A stretch of DNA of 64,000 nt from Octopus vulgaris (lineage: Eukaryota): the NCBI GenBank assembly GCA_951406725.2, contig OX597833.1, positions 3,224,001 to 3,288,000 of the forward strand. Reading direction: 5' to 3'. Each line of letters begins with the position of its first letter. Positions within the stretch are counted from its first letter, which is position 1. The notes beneath the pieces are model-generated. The model saw only the letters and a program-made list of their open reading frames with translations. It was not told where the DNA came from and did no database searches. Below, in pieces: positions 14,548 to 28,468 of the stretch. The translations under genes were made by a program, and so were the position numbers.

Positions 14548-14820
14548 GCTACATACTGTGTCTCAAGTGCTTTAGCTTGAAGCTGCATTGATTGAATAAA
14601 TAACAAAGTAGGCAATGGAAACAAATAGTAGAAGATAAGGCATTCAAAGATAAGAAAGACTAACAAGGTCTGTGTAAGATCTACATAAGGAAAATAAATT
14701 ATAAGACTACAAGATACCCAAAACACAAATACATACGTGAAAGGGAGTCATGGTCATTTTTAGAGCTTGTTTGTTTTAAGTACTATCGTGTATCAGGCTG
14801 ATTATTATGGCACTGCAGTG
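14548..14820 (+). pseudogene. Decayed inverted paralogue of the candidate exon at 29406-29505
   Basis: taaggctacatactgtgtctcaagtgcttta (14544-14574) matches the minus-strand acceptor and exon start at 29/31 nt, followed by a 1-nt deletion and stops. A downstream cag|GCTGATTATTATGGCACT reads ADYYGT. Confidence 0.4.
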
Positions 14821-15532
14821 TATTGTAATGTTTGCCTACATCTGTCCCTGTGGCAAAAATTAGCAATACAGCAATATCAGGAATGATAGAGTGATGCCTT
14901 TCCCAAAATTTGATTTGTGCCCACGAAAGAAATCATATAATTATATTTACATTTCGGAGTTGTAATTGTGTAGGAAATGACTTCATCTGTGACCGTGTGA
15001 AAACATGAAGCAATTTGGGGAGGTGGACTTAGTCATTTGAGCTACCAAAACACACACAAAAAGAAAAAAAACACCTTCTCCTGCTAAATTCAGTTTTTAC
15101 CATGTTTTATGAGGTATTAAAGTATCCAGAGACCACATCATAGATAGAGTACCTCTGCAATTTCATTGCTGGCAGAAATGTTAAATTGTCTAACAAAATG
15201 CTTTCTGGATCTTTATCTTTTGAGCTCAACTCCCACCGAGGTCAATGTCGCCTTTCATCCTTTTAAAGTTGATGCTTTGATCTAAACCCTGTGCTTCAAA
15301 GTGCCAGCATTATTCCTAAATCACAAACAATTATTATTATTATTATTATCATAGCATTGGACAAACTGTTTGGCAGCATTTCTTCTGGATCTTTATGTTC
15401 TGAGTTCAAATTCTGCCAACATCAACTTCACCTTTCATGGTCAATAAAATATAGTACCAGTCAAGTACTAGCATCAGTGTAATCAACTTGCCTCCTCCCA
15501 TCACAATTGATGGCCTTAATATTATTATTATT

Positions 15533-15895
15533 ATTACCTCTGCCTTAATGAAGGCAGAGGTATTGTTTTCAGTTACGTTTGTTTGTCTGTCTGTCTGTGG
15601 ACAAGATATCTCAAGAACCGCTCGATGGATTAGGATGAAACTGTCAGGGATGTTTGGCCTCATGACTGGCACAAACTGATCACATTTTGGGATCAATCCC
15701 GTACCAGACAAGGATTCTGCATTATTTTTCTGGTTTTTAAAATTTTTGAGAGTGGTCAGGTTCCTTTTTAGTATTCTCATTTGTGAGAGCAGTAGAGTTT
15801 ATTTCAGATATTCTCATTTTAAAAATCATCTCTGGCTGATCATTGAGAGGATATTGATGTTGCCTTGGCAGAGGTTTGTGCTTTCTAAGTCCTCC
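15533..15895 (+). mobile_element. Helentron-associated (HINE/DINE-like) non-autonomous element
   Basis: 5' hairpin acctctgcctt..aaggcagaggt, a (GTCT)n tract, and a 3' repeat of ggcagaggt; inserted in an (ATT)n run. Confidence 0.55.
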
Positions 15896-17039
15896 TATTA
15901 TTATTGTTATATTAAGGGTAGTAGAGTGGCAGAATTGTTATTTTCAGGGTTGATAAAATTAAGTACCCGTCATTGATCCCAGTCAACTGGAGTCAACTGC
16001 ATCAACTAACCCATCCCTTTAAAACTTGCAGGCCTTGTGCCTAAATTAGAAATCATTACCGTTAAGATGTATTGGCAAAAACAGAAGAGCATCCAATAGA
16101 ATATCTTGAGGTATCTAATTTTGGCTCTTTACATTCTGAGGTCAAATCTTGTCGAGGGCTAACTTTGCCCTTCATCTTTCAGGGATGGATACAAGTACTA
16201 GGGCCACTCTAACCTCTCCACCCAAATTCAAGGCCTTCTACCTATGTTACAAATAATATTGGTGAGGCATTATTACTATCAAAGATGTGTTATGTTGGTA
16301 GCTACAGCCAAGTAGTTCCCTTAAACATCTTGTACCATTTCCTTATGTTCACTTACACTGCAAGTTCAAACCCCGTCAAGGGTCATCTTGGTTTTACCAT
16401 TCTCCTAAGGTTGATAAAATAGACAAATCCCACGGTTAATACATTGGACAATATCCCTTACCTAAAATGTATGGTTTTGCATCTGTTAAAAACCATTATG
16501 ATCTTGGTCATCATTTTACATCTGCTTTCCATGCTGGCATGGTTTGAATGGGTCATCACAGACTGAATTGGTCCTTATTTGGTGTTACTGCTCACCTAGC
16601 TGGATCAAAGGACCACACCCCATTCATGCATTTCCTCTTTGACTTGGCTTTTCAGGCTGGATGTCCTTCCTATCACCCACCACTTAACAAGGTGTACTAG
16701 TTTTATTTTATCATGGAACTAGTGCTAGAGAGGTGGTCATGTTCTCAACAGTGCTAAAAGATCTTCTCGACCCCAACATGATCTCTGTTTGCTAACCACT
16801 TTACAGGGTTTATTAGATACCTTTTATCATGGCACCAACACTAGAGAAAGTTTCATGTCCTCAACAAGACTAAAAAATCCTCTCAAACTCCACATAATCT
16901 CTGCTCATTGACCAACCACCTTACATGGTGTACTGAAGTGATTCTACTTCAGAATCAAACACTACTGTGGTTGCTTTGTAAGCCATAAAAGTAAAAAATT
17001 CTCGTTATTCTATGCTGTGTTAATATGTTAATGATATTT

Positions 17040-17255
17040 GAAGGTGGCGGACTGCTAGAAACGTTAGCATGCCGGCGAAATGCTTAGCGGTATTTCATCT
17101 GTCTTTATGTTCTGAGTTCAAATACCACCAAGGTCGACTTTGCCTTTCATCCTTTTGGGGTTGATAAATTAAGTACCAGTTGCATACTGGAGTCAACCTA
17201 ATTGACTGGCCCCCCTTCCCCCAAATTTCAGGCCTTGTGCCTAGAGTAGAAAAGA
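17040..17255 (+). mobile_element. SINE-A copy
   Basis: Same head and body as 8495-8920. Other copies at ~20316-20545, 21205-21600, 24298-24445, 25550-25690, 41530-42105, 42935-43145, 52099-52210 and 58200-58410. Confidence 0.8.
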
Positions 17256-17505
17256 AATATGTAAATGATATTTTCTATGATAGTGGAGTGGTTAAAAAAA
17301 CAAAAAAAAGCATTGGCCTAAAATGATTTATACACTTGGTTCCGGTGCCTCCTGAGTTCATAAAATATCCATTCTTTCCACTTTTCAGCAGCCATAATTC
17401 TTCAGCACCCAGAGATCAGACCAAAGACCTACCAGAGAATGTCAAACAACTACAGAGTCCATTATTTACATTTGACGGATATTTGTCCTCATCTTGTTTG
17501 TTGTT

Positions 17506-17551
17506 AACACAACATTTCAGCAGAAGTACCCTCCAGCCTTCATCAGGTGTC
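17506..17551 (-). ncRNA. Minimal hammerhead fold (family D) in a Penelope-type terminal repeat fragment (~17461-17627, inverted junction)
   Basis: Minus strand GACAC-CTGATGA-A-GGCTG(GAGGGTACTT)CTGCT-GAA-ATGT-T-GTGTT. The upstream aacccaggttcaaaatttccccaagacacc is identical to sequence downstream of the GIY-YIG fragment at ~54375-54404. Confidence 0.55.
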
Positions 17552-18258
17552 TTGGGGAAATTTTGAACCTGGGTTTTTATTCCATCGAATGTAAATAATG
17601 TACATAGTTCCTCATCTTTTAAATATGGATCAAAACTACAGAGTCTCCAAAGAACTAATTGCTCTTTGATGTTCCTTTGGAAAGGAGAAGTGGAAATTCA
17701 TCTTGCTTAATAAACAAGGATTTCCTTCCCTGTCTCCAAGAAAAGCTTATCAATTTCTTAAAGCACCACTTGAAGATGAAGTAAATAATGGTGGTGGTGG
17801 TGATGAGTATTACTGCTCCCTAGTGAATTTCTAGGAAGGTGGGTGAGAGAGTAAAGAATCTGGAATAACAGATGAATGGACAAGCCATTCAGGCTTGTCT
17901 GTCTGTGTGGATTGGAGCAAATGATTATCAGGTGTGCTCTAATCCCCCTGAGAGGATACATCTGTGGCTGTAAACCAGTTTAGGGATACTGGCCTTATTA
18001 TTTATACATCGGATTGCATACGTATATCTCTTATTTTCGACATGTTTTCACTTATTGGCCTGTGAAAGGCAAAGTCGACCGTGATGGCACTTTGAACTCA
18101 GAACAGTAAAAGCCGGAAGAGATGCCGTTAAGCATTCTGTCTGACAATAATAATAATGCTGCCAGCTCCACTGCCTTCATAATAATAATAATAATAAAGT
18201 CGCAATATTCAATTACATATCTAAACTGGAAACAGCATAATTAATGTATGAAGATGTT

Positions 18259-18435
18259 AGCATAATATATGTGCAGATATTGACAATTTATGAGCAGATA
18301 TAGGCATAATCTATGAGTAAATATCAGCATAATTTATGAGTAAATATCAGCATTATGTGCAGATAATTGGCATAATTTATGTGCAGATATTGGCATAATT
18401 TATGTGCAGATATTGACATTATATGTTTACAGATG
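18259..18435. repeat. ~23-bp minisatellite, ~7 degenerate copies
   Basis: Unit gcataatttatgtgcagatattg. Confidence 0.8.
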
Positions 18436-18840
18436 ATATTAACCTCATTTGTGAGCAAAGTTGATAAAAATAAGGACCAGTTGAACACCAGGGTCGTTGT
18501 AACCAACTCCCCTCTCCCCTCAAAAATTACTGGCCTTGTGCTAAAATTAGAATTATCACCATCATTAGAAGCTGAAGTCTCGAATCATAAATTATGCTTC
18601 ACACTTCTGATTCTTCAAACAATTCATGCAACATCACAATATACCTGCAATATTACTTCCGCTTATACATCGCTAAGCTATTTCCCCATCACTATCATTC
18701 ACATTACAAAGACACACACACACACATCTCCTTTCTATATACTTATCTATCCTTCTAACTTTGTAGCCAATTTACTGCCCTAACCACACACATATATTGA
18801 AAATTTCCATCAATTTCTTCATATCTTTGAAATAACTCAA

Positions 18841-18907
18841 CTGAGGAAGGTTTACGCAATGGATGCATTTCCTATTATATACAATAAAAAACCCGAAACA
18901 CGCGTAA
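18841..18907 (+). ncRNA. Hammerhead-like motif with a long stem II loop (family E)
   Basis: CTGAGGA-A-GGTTT...AAACC-C-GAA-AC-ACGCGT-A, with a palindromic ACGCGT before GUA. Stem I pairs poorly. Confidence 0.4.
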
Positions 18908-21900
18908 TAAATGATTTCAAAATATCACCATTTTGTTTGACTTCATTATTACAAAAACACGGCTATGCCACTACGTATTAGCTGGTCTTGACTCCACTTA
19001 TGCAGATGGGGATATATATATATATATACACACACAGCTATGCCGGCATGGAACATGGATGTTAAATGATGGTAATGATGACATATATAAATGTATCAAA
19101 ATAACCCAGGGCAATTCGTCCCAATTTATATCGTAAAACAGCATCTAGAACAGATGGTGTATCATGCCTGAATGCAAGATGTGCAATGCAGACCGAAAAC
19201 ACATAAATAAATCTAATTTTAATGTGAATCCTTCAGTTTTATGAGACAGATGGAAAGCAGGTAAATATGTGCTGTGTGTGTGTGTGTGTGTGTGTGTGTA
19301 TGCACCCTGCATCGGTAAAATAGGTTTGATTTTTAAAAGTGCACACCCAGTGCCTCTGGTACATTTGTGTGTGTGTGAACGTGTGTGTGTGTGTGTGTGA
19401 CGTGTGTGTGTACGTGTGTGAACGTGTATGTGTGTGTGTACGTGTGTGTGAACGTGTATGTGTGAATATGTGTGTGTGAATGTGTGTGTACGTGTGCATG
19501 TGTGTGTGTGTGAATGTGTGTGTGTGAACGTGTGAGTGTATATGTGTGTGTGTGTACATGAGTGAACACGTGTATGTGTGTGTACGTGTATAAACGCGTG
19601 TGTGTGTGTACGTGTATGAACACGTGTATGTGTTTGTGAACGCATATATTTGAGTGTATGTGAGTGTGCATGTGTATGTGTGTGCATGAATGTGTTTGTA
19701 CTGGAGTGTGTGTGTGTATGTATGCTATTTGACATTTCACAAACACTCCTATATATACATATACTTCTGTCAGTGTGTTAAGAATATATAGCCTCAGTAT
19801 TATGTCATTCACACATACACACACATCATAAATATCATCATTCAACACCCATCTTCCACGCTGCCACACACACACACACACACATTCACACATTGATATA
19901 TACACAGCTGCATCAATTTCCCCGTGATTGTCCACACAATAAACAGGCACTGAATGTCCAAAGATTGCACTTAAAGAAATCTTTCTTATCATTGCCTTTC
20001 ATTCTCGGGAAAGGCTGCTGAGGAATCGATAAAATAATTTCTACAAGAACAAAAATTGACCTAAATGATTGTTCTCCCCTCCTCCCCAGAATTTTTGGTA
20101 TCGTACCAAAGTGAGAAGAAATTTCCATTAACATTTTGGTGAAGAATGATGCTAGTTGCAGCCAAAGGATGTGACCACGCTGGAGCAATGATTAAATACT
20201 TTTGTTTTTAAATAACACAGCTCCACTGCCAAGATCAAATTAACTTTATACTTCAGCCCCTCACGATTGACAAAATAAAGAACCAGTGATATACTGGGGT
20301 TGATGGTATTAACCAAGGCGGCGATCTGGCAGAAACGTTAGCATGACGGGTGAAATGCTTAGCAGTATTTCGTCTGCCGTTACGTTCTGAGTTCAAATTC
20401 CACCGAGGTCGACTTTGCCTTTCATCCTTTCAGGGTCGAATAAATAAGTACCAGTTACGCACTGGGGTCGATATAATCGACTTAATCCGTTTGTCTGTCC
20501 TTGTTTGTCCCTTCTGTGTGTAGCCCCTTGTGGGCAGTAAAGAAATTGGTATTAACCAACCCCCACCCTCAACTCAAAACAGATGGCTTTGTACCTAAAT
20601 TAGAAACCCAAGATAATTACAATAATTCTCCTTTTTACTATAGGCACAAGGCCCGAAATTTTGGGGTAGGATGGAGGAGAGGGTACGTTGATTACATCAA
20701 CCCCAGTGGTCAACTGGTACTCATTTTATTGACCCCTGAAAGGACCAATAGTTGGACTCAGTTCTGAGTTCAAATTCCGCCGAGGTCAATAAATTAAGTA
20801 CCAGTTGCATACTGGGGTCTATCTAATCAACTGGCCCCTCTCCTAAAATGCTGCTAAACATCTCAGCCAGTTTGCTACCAATTCTGCTCCAACAATGGTT
20901 TCTAATTTAGGCGCAAGGCCAGCAATTTTGAGAGTAATTTGATAGTGTTGATAGGAGTGCTTGGCGGATACTTTCTTTTATTGACCCTGGAGTGGGAGAA
21001 AGGCAAAGCTGTCCATGGTGCGATTTGAATTCAGAGCATAAAGTGTCAGAAGAAATACCAGAAAGAAGTTTGTACAACCATCAAAACAATTTTGCCAATA
21101 ATATTAAACCAAGGCAGTCGATTAAGTACCAGTTGTGTACTGGGATCAATCTAATCGACTGGCTCGTTCCCCAAAACTTTCGGACCTTGTGCCTAGAGTA
21201 GGAAAGGTGGCAAGCTGGCAGAATCGTTAGCACGCCAGGCAAAATGCTTAGCGGTATTTCGTCTGCGACAACATTCGGAGTACAAATTCCGACGAGGTCG
21301 ACTTTGCCTTTCATCTTTTCGGGGTCGATTAAATAAGTACCAGTTACACACTGGGGTCGATGTAATCGACTTAATCCGTTCATCTATCCTTGTTTGTCCT
21401 CTCTGTGTTTAGCTCCTTGTGGGTAGTAAAGAAATAGGTATTTCGTTTGCCATTACGTTCTGAGTTCAAATTCAGCCGAGGTCGACTTCGCCTTTCATCC
21501 TTTCAGGGTCAATAAATTAAGTACCAGTTGCATAGTGGGATCTGTCTAATCAACTGGCCCCTCACCCAGAATTTCGGGCCTTGTGCCTAAAGTACGAAAG
21601 AATATTAAACCTTCTGTTACCATATTTCTGTTAAAACAATAATGCTGTTTTTCATCATCACCATTGTTTAACATCCGTTTTCCATGCTAGCATGGGTTGG
21701 ACGGTTCAACCGGGGTCTGGAAAGCCAGGAGGCTGCACCAGGCTCCAGTCTGATCTGGCAGTGTTTCTACAGCTGGATGCCCTTTCAATTAAATTCGAAA
21801 ATAATGAACTTATTAACACAACAGTCATGAGTAATTAGGTGTCTGGAACATAAATTAACATAACATTTGGATGGAATCTATTCTATTTAGACCACTTTAA

Positions 21901-22598
21901 CCCTTGTGGCACCCCATTTCTGTAGAAACACACCACCTTTGTTTCAATAAATTTTGAAAAAGAATTTATTAGAATATCTTTATTATTAACTCTTTTGTTA
22001 CTAACCCGGCCAAAACCGGCTCTGGCTCAGTGGTAAAATATCTTGTTTTCATAAGCTTTGAATTAAAATCTTCCACCAAACCTTAGTCACAATTTATGTT
22101 CCTAACATTAGCTGAATGATAACTAAATTGTTTTACTAAATTCCTTGTTATATTTAAAATCAATTGAAAGAAACACAGAGCATCTCAACAGAAATATGGT
22201 AATAAAAGGGTTAAAATATATATAATAGAGAAACAATTCTTAACCCTTTTGATACCAACCTGGCTGAAACCGGCTCTGGCTCTGTAGTACAAATGTCTTG
22301 TTTTCATAAGTTTTTAATTAAAATCTTCCACCAAACCTTAGTCACAATTTATGTTCCTAACACTAGCTGAATGATAACTAAATTGTTTTACTAAATTCTT
22401 TCTTATATTTAAAATGATTGAAAGAAACACAGAACCCCTCAAAATAAATACAGTAATGAAAGGGTTAAGCTGGTGTTTGATGCATAAATTAACAAGAAAT
22501 TTAGGAGGACGGTTTTAATTCAAATTACTTTAAAAAGATGAAGTTTGTATCATAGAAAGAAGGGCCGTCTCCAGTAGGTTGGTTTGGTATCAAAAGAG
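21901..22598. mobile_element. Nested TTAA-targeting (piggyBac-like) MITEs
   Basis: Two ~220-bp copies, TTAA|ctcttt...aaaggg|TTAA (21990-22210) and TTAA|cccttt...aaaggg|TTAA (22244-22464), lie inside an older, oppositely oriented relative starting TTAA|ccctt at 21901. Confidence 0.75.
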
Positions 22599-23123
22599 CT
22601 GAAGAGATTTTTAATGGGAAAACCAGAAAAACAAGAAAACTGAAGGCAAAGAGAAACGGCCATTTTTGATATTAGATGCAGGCAGGCTTTGCAGATGATG
22701 AATAACCAGAATAAATTGGTTTTGTCTTTGTTGTTTTTGTTGGGTTTTTTTGTAGATGATGATGGTGGGACAAGGCTAAGCCAATGTTAGGACAATAAAC
22801 TGTTGCTGCTGCTGAGGAAGAATCAACAGGTGAAAGGAGAAAGGAGGAGAGTAAGACAAGCAAGGAGAGTGTACGGTTGTGTGTTGAGCAGAATCGATTA
22901 CGATTACACGCTGAACAACACAGCAAGGATAAAGGTGTACAACAAAGAAAGAAACAACATACTGTACATAGAGAGTGTGTGTGTGTATGTGCGTGAGGTT
23001 TGATTCCTGTAGGCAATTTCCTCATCTCTTTCATATACATGATACATGAGTCAATGTGTGTGAGTGTATATATATATATATATATATACAATTTATTTAA
23101 AGCAGCAGAAAATTCAACAAAAC

Positions 23124-23161
23124 CTGTTACTCTGAGTTTCACGTTGCCGTTCGTCGGACAG
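23124..23161 (-). ncRNA. Minimal type I hammerhead fold (family A), best copy
   Basis: Minus strand CTGT-CCGACGA-ACG(GCAA)CGT-GAA-ACT(CAG)AGT-A-ACAG. All three stems pair, stem II has a GNRA loop, the triplet is GUA, and U4 is replaced by C. Confidence 0.65.
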
Positions 23162-23558
23162 TTTTTGCTAGAATATATATATATATATATATATACAAAC
23201 ATACAGAATGTGAACATGTACACATATAGCATTACTATATATATACACACACAAACACACACAATATGTGGACATGTACACATATAGCATTACTACATAT
23301 ATATATATATATATACAAACACACACAATATGTGGACATGTACACATATACCATTACTATATATATCATCATCATATATATACACACACACACACACACA
23401 AAATATATGCAGACATAATATATATGTATATATAATATTACTGTTTTCTAATCTGCACCCATTACTATATATATATTATACACACACATCAACATATACA
23501 CATGTAATATTTTATACATGTATATATATTATACACACCACACATTTCTGTATTTTTT

Positions 23559-23609
<51 letters not shown>

Positions 23610-23666
23610 GCATAAATTAACATACAATACACACACATATATAATACATTATATATATAATACATA

Positions 23667-23702
<36 letters not shown>

Positions 23703-25327
23703 CCATACACAGACACACACATCATACCCACATATGTGTGCATGAGTGTGTAGATGGATACATTCTCTCTCTTCACTGTTGGCTTAGTCACGAAGACTCC
23801 AAAATCGATTTTGCTATCACTGTCCACACACATTGTCCTGTGTATGGCTGGCTGAGCGTAATAGCATCTAGAAGTGTGTTTAATATTCTGTGTGCCTCAC
23901 TCAGCTTCATAATGAAACAACTACTACTGCTGCTGCTGCTACTACTACAACTACCAGGAAGTGAATGATTGTCCAATAGACTCGAGTTGCCCAAGACCAA
24001 CACCTCATTTAAACCAGTCGTTCTCAGCCATTTTCGGCCAATGGAACCCTTTGATTCTTATTTCACACAACTAGCGTCCCATGTTAAGGAAAGTCCCATT
24101 ATATTTTGATAATCAAATATTATAAGGAATTGTATTAAAGAATTGTGTATCGTAGACGTATAAGCAATTTATTGCTCATAAGATTTAAGAAGAAAAAAAA
24201 TCTCATATGGACGCCTCCCACCCACCCACCTACCAAAAGGGTCAGAATGAGACCCCGGATGGGAAGCATTAGTTTAAACAAGACAGGGGTAAAGAGGAGA
24301 CCGAGGTGGACTTTGCCTTTCATCCTTTCGGGGTCGATAAATGAAGTACCAGTTACGCACTAGGGTCGATATAGTCGACTTAATCCGTTTGTCTGTCCTT
24401 GTTTGTCCCCTCAGTGTTTAGCCCCTTGTGGGCAGTAAAGAAATATATATATCTCCCCTTCACTCAGCTTCTTTCTTCTGGTCAATCCCAACACATTTTT
24501 TTCTCTCTCCCCGTTTTTTGCCCCCTCGTCCCTTTTCTGTCAAAGAGCATAAACCCAAAACCGTCAAAGACTTTTCCATTCTTCCCAAGCCCCAAACTAA
24601 TACACCTTCTTGTTGTTCCCTCCCGTCTTTGTCTTTTGCTTTCTGTACATCAGAACTATATGTGAGTGTGTGTGTGTGTGTGTAAGCATTAACAAATTCT
24701 ATGTGTATATATGTCTACACACACATATATATATATATTTGTATATGCTGGTATATATAGGCATATTTATACACATATCTAGTTATACACATAGCATACA
24801 TGTGTATATACATCTTTTTGTGCATAATTGCACTTATGTATGTACATATATAGATGTGTACAAGTACATATGTATACGTATGTATGTATGTGCATGTGTG
24901 TATATATATGTGTATAATTATATGGATGTATACAATAGGGTATAACCATGACAATGGACTGATGTGAAATAAAAGAGATACAAAGAAAAAAAGCAGGTGT
25001 CAGCAATAAAAAGAAAAATTCAGCAAATGGCCACACCCTGAACAACACAAACAGCACTACTGCCTTATTTCTCCCCCACCCTGGGTCCTTTCTTACTAAA
25101 CTAACAGCTTTACTACAGCTGCACATCATCATACAAAGTGATAATAGACAACAGGGATTAAATTGGCCACGGAGAACACCTGACTTTCTGGAAAGAAGGT
25201 ACACACACACACACAGCTTTTGTTTCGAGAGTGAGGTCCGATTCCATGGCTGCTACTGTTGTCCATTCACACAGAACCATCGTGGAATTATCAAATAATG
25301 ATAGCTCCTGTTAATATATTAAGAGTG

Positions 25328-25359
<32 letters not shown>

Positions 25360-25523
25360 CATACATATGTTCACTCATTCATATGCATATATATATATAG
25401 TCACACATACACACACATGTACCAGTAATATTCTTGACAAGAATGAACTGGCCACACCCAATGTTCACCTTTCAAGAGAAATTGATTTAGTGTCTCATCT
25501 TCAAGTGTGTATGTGCATGAGCG

Positions 25524-25554
<31 letters not shown>

Positions 25555-25929
25555 TTATTGCCCACAAGGAGCTAAACATAGAGGGGACAAACAAGGACAG
25601 ACAAAGGGATTAAGTTGATTACATCGACCCCAGTGCGAAACTGGTACTTTATTTATCGACCCCGAAAGGATGAAAGGCAAAGTCGACCTCAGCATATACG
25701 CACACACACACACATTTATGTATCCATATTATCATTTACTAGAGGTACATGTATAAAAAAAGTATACACACACATATATATATACACATATATATCCAGC
25801 TGTAGAAACACTGCCAGATCTGACTGGGCCTGGTGCAGCCTTCGGGCTTCCCAGACCCCAGTTGAACCGTCCATACCATGCTAGCATGGAAAGTGGACGT
25901 TAAACGATGATGATGATGATATATATACG

Positions 25930-25965
<36 letters not shown>

Positions 25966-27190
25966 CGCACGTATAGGTGTAAGGTGAGAACATACAAATA
26001 TTTGAGTAAAAACTAATTTATATTTTTTTTTAATTTGTGAATTAATAATTACAATAAATTAATGTGGAGTTAATTAAGTATTTAAAAAGCAGAAGCAAAT
26101 TCTTGGGAAAAGTAAAAATGATGAAAGCCGATGAGTAATGATGAAGAGATGATGGTGTTGTGGGGGGGGGGGATGAAGACGACACTGGACGGATAATGGC
26201 TTTGACAGTGACATTGGTCATGCAACTAATGAGGATATTAACGATGATGAGGGAGATATTAATGACAATGATGATAACGCTAATGATATGTTGATGCAAT
26301 TGGTTAGCAACAAGACAGTTGGCAAGAAATATCTGCAACACACAGACACACAGACATACACACACACACACACACGCAATGGCGACTGACTGTCCACATA
26401 GCTTTATAGTTGTCCACTCATTATGAATGAAGCTGAGAGAGAGAGAGAGAGAGAGAGAGATGGGCCTCTGCTTCGTTTTTTTGACTCACTTGTTGCACAC
26501 GATTCGTAATGTATGTATCTACAAATATATGTCTATGTATGTATATTATACACACTTCAATCTGTGTATATATGTATATATATATATACATACGTACATA
26601 TACATATATATATATATGTATGTATATTATACACACTTCTTTCTCTGTGTGTGTATATATATATATATATACGTACATATACATATATATGTATGTATGT
26701 ATATTATACACACTTCTTTCTCTGTGTGTGTGTATGTATATATATATATATACATACATACACACATATATATATGTATGTATGTATATTATACACACTT
26801 CTTTCTCTCTGTGTGTGTGTGTATATATATACATATGTACATATACATATATATATATATATGTATGTATGTATGTATGTATATATATATATACACAAAT
26901 ACAAATTTTAAAAAATTTATATAATTTATGTATAATATTAAGAATAATTTTCAAAATGATGTGCATAAATATTAAAAATATATATAAACATATATACACA
27001 CAAACATATATATATATATATGTACATATATATTTTAAGCACATATTTTAAATATAATTTATATATATTCAATCTATATCTATAATTTATATATAATGGC
27101 GGTGCCCCAGCATGGCCACAGCTCATGGGCTGAAACTAGAATCAATCAATCAATCAATCAATCAATCATATATATATATATATATATATA

Positions 27191-27293
27191 CTTTATTTAA
27201 AGCAGCAGAAAATTCAACAAAACCTGTTACTCTGAGTTTCCGGGAAACTCAGAGTAACAGGTTTTGTTGAATTTTCTGCTGCTTTAAATAAAG
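27191..27293. repeat. Perfect 50-bp inverted repeat with 3-nt loop (family A terminus folded back at the ribozyme GAAAC)
   Basis: ctttatttaaagcagcagaaaattcaacaaaacctgttactctgagtttc-cgg-gaaactcagagtaacagg...ctttaaataaag, flanked by (TA)n. Confidence 0.9.
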
Positions 27294-27363
27294 CATATTA
27301 GTCTACCACTGGTATTTGAGTACTCTTTTTTCCACCTTGTTTCACATTTATGTGTTTACTCCA

Positions 27364-27415
<52 letters not shown>

Positions 27416-27608
27416 AATGTTACTTTCTATGAAAGGAACTGAAAATTGAGGGAGGGCACTGGTTGATTACATCAACCTGTGTTCTAGTGGTACTTATGCC
27501 ATCGACTCCGAAATTCGACCACAATGGAATTTGAACTCAGAATGTGAAGATAGATGAAACGCCATTAGGTATTTTGTCCAGCTCACCATCTTATCTATGA
27601 ATGTGCAG

Positions 27609-27667
<59 letters not shown>

Positions 27668-28416
27668 GCATATTAAAAATTTTATATATGTATATATAAT
27701 ATTAAAAAATTTCTAAATATATATATAAAAAATATAAAACCTTTTATTAAATATATAGGAACTATTAAAAAATAATATATATGTGTGTATGTATGTAGAT
27801 ATGCAGAAGTGTGTAAGTAATCCGCTATGAAGCGAGAAGTAATGGATGTGCACACATTCACACTATCGTGTGCAACGGCCGCTTAATATGCACATACACA
27901 CGCAATGCATGAAAGAGGACAATTTCAAAGCGAAACGAAGCAGACTGCACACCGGTGCATCTGTCGATTTTTGCACCATCCCCACCACGACCACCATGAT
28001 TACCAAGCAAAAAGTAACAGGCTCTCTAGCAGGTGTCTCCACCTGCCATCCTTTTTTTCTAAAAGTCTTTGATCATATGATTTAATGGAAGGGATGACCA
28101 GAGGCTGTACATCCTCCACGTTCTTATAAGTTCTCTTTGCCAAAATGTTAGAAATAATTAAACCACTCACTATTTTGCAGCTTTCTTTCTGCTTCCCCCC
28201 ACGACCACCACCAACAATTTCAATATTTCAGTTATAGTTGAGTTTTATCATCATCATCATCATCCCAGTGCCGTACTTGCATGTATTGGATGGTTTGACA
28301 GATTCAGATGGGACCAAGGACTACACCAGGGTCCAGTGTATACTTTGTCAAGGTTTCTATGACTGGATGCCCTTCCTAATGCCAAGTACAACAGTGTGCA
28401 CATGTATGTGTGTATG

Positions 28417-28468
<52 letters not shown>

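Noticed and set aside
27990-28150. Minus-strand open stretch (RTYKNVEDVQPLVIPSIK...) as a further exon
   Set aside because: The splice signals are weak and I see no recognisable homology.
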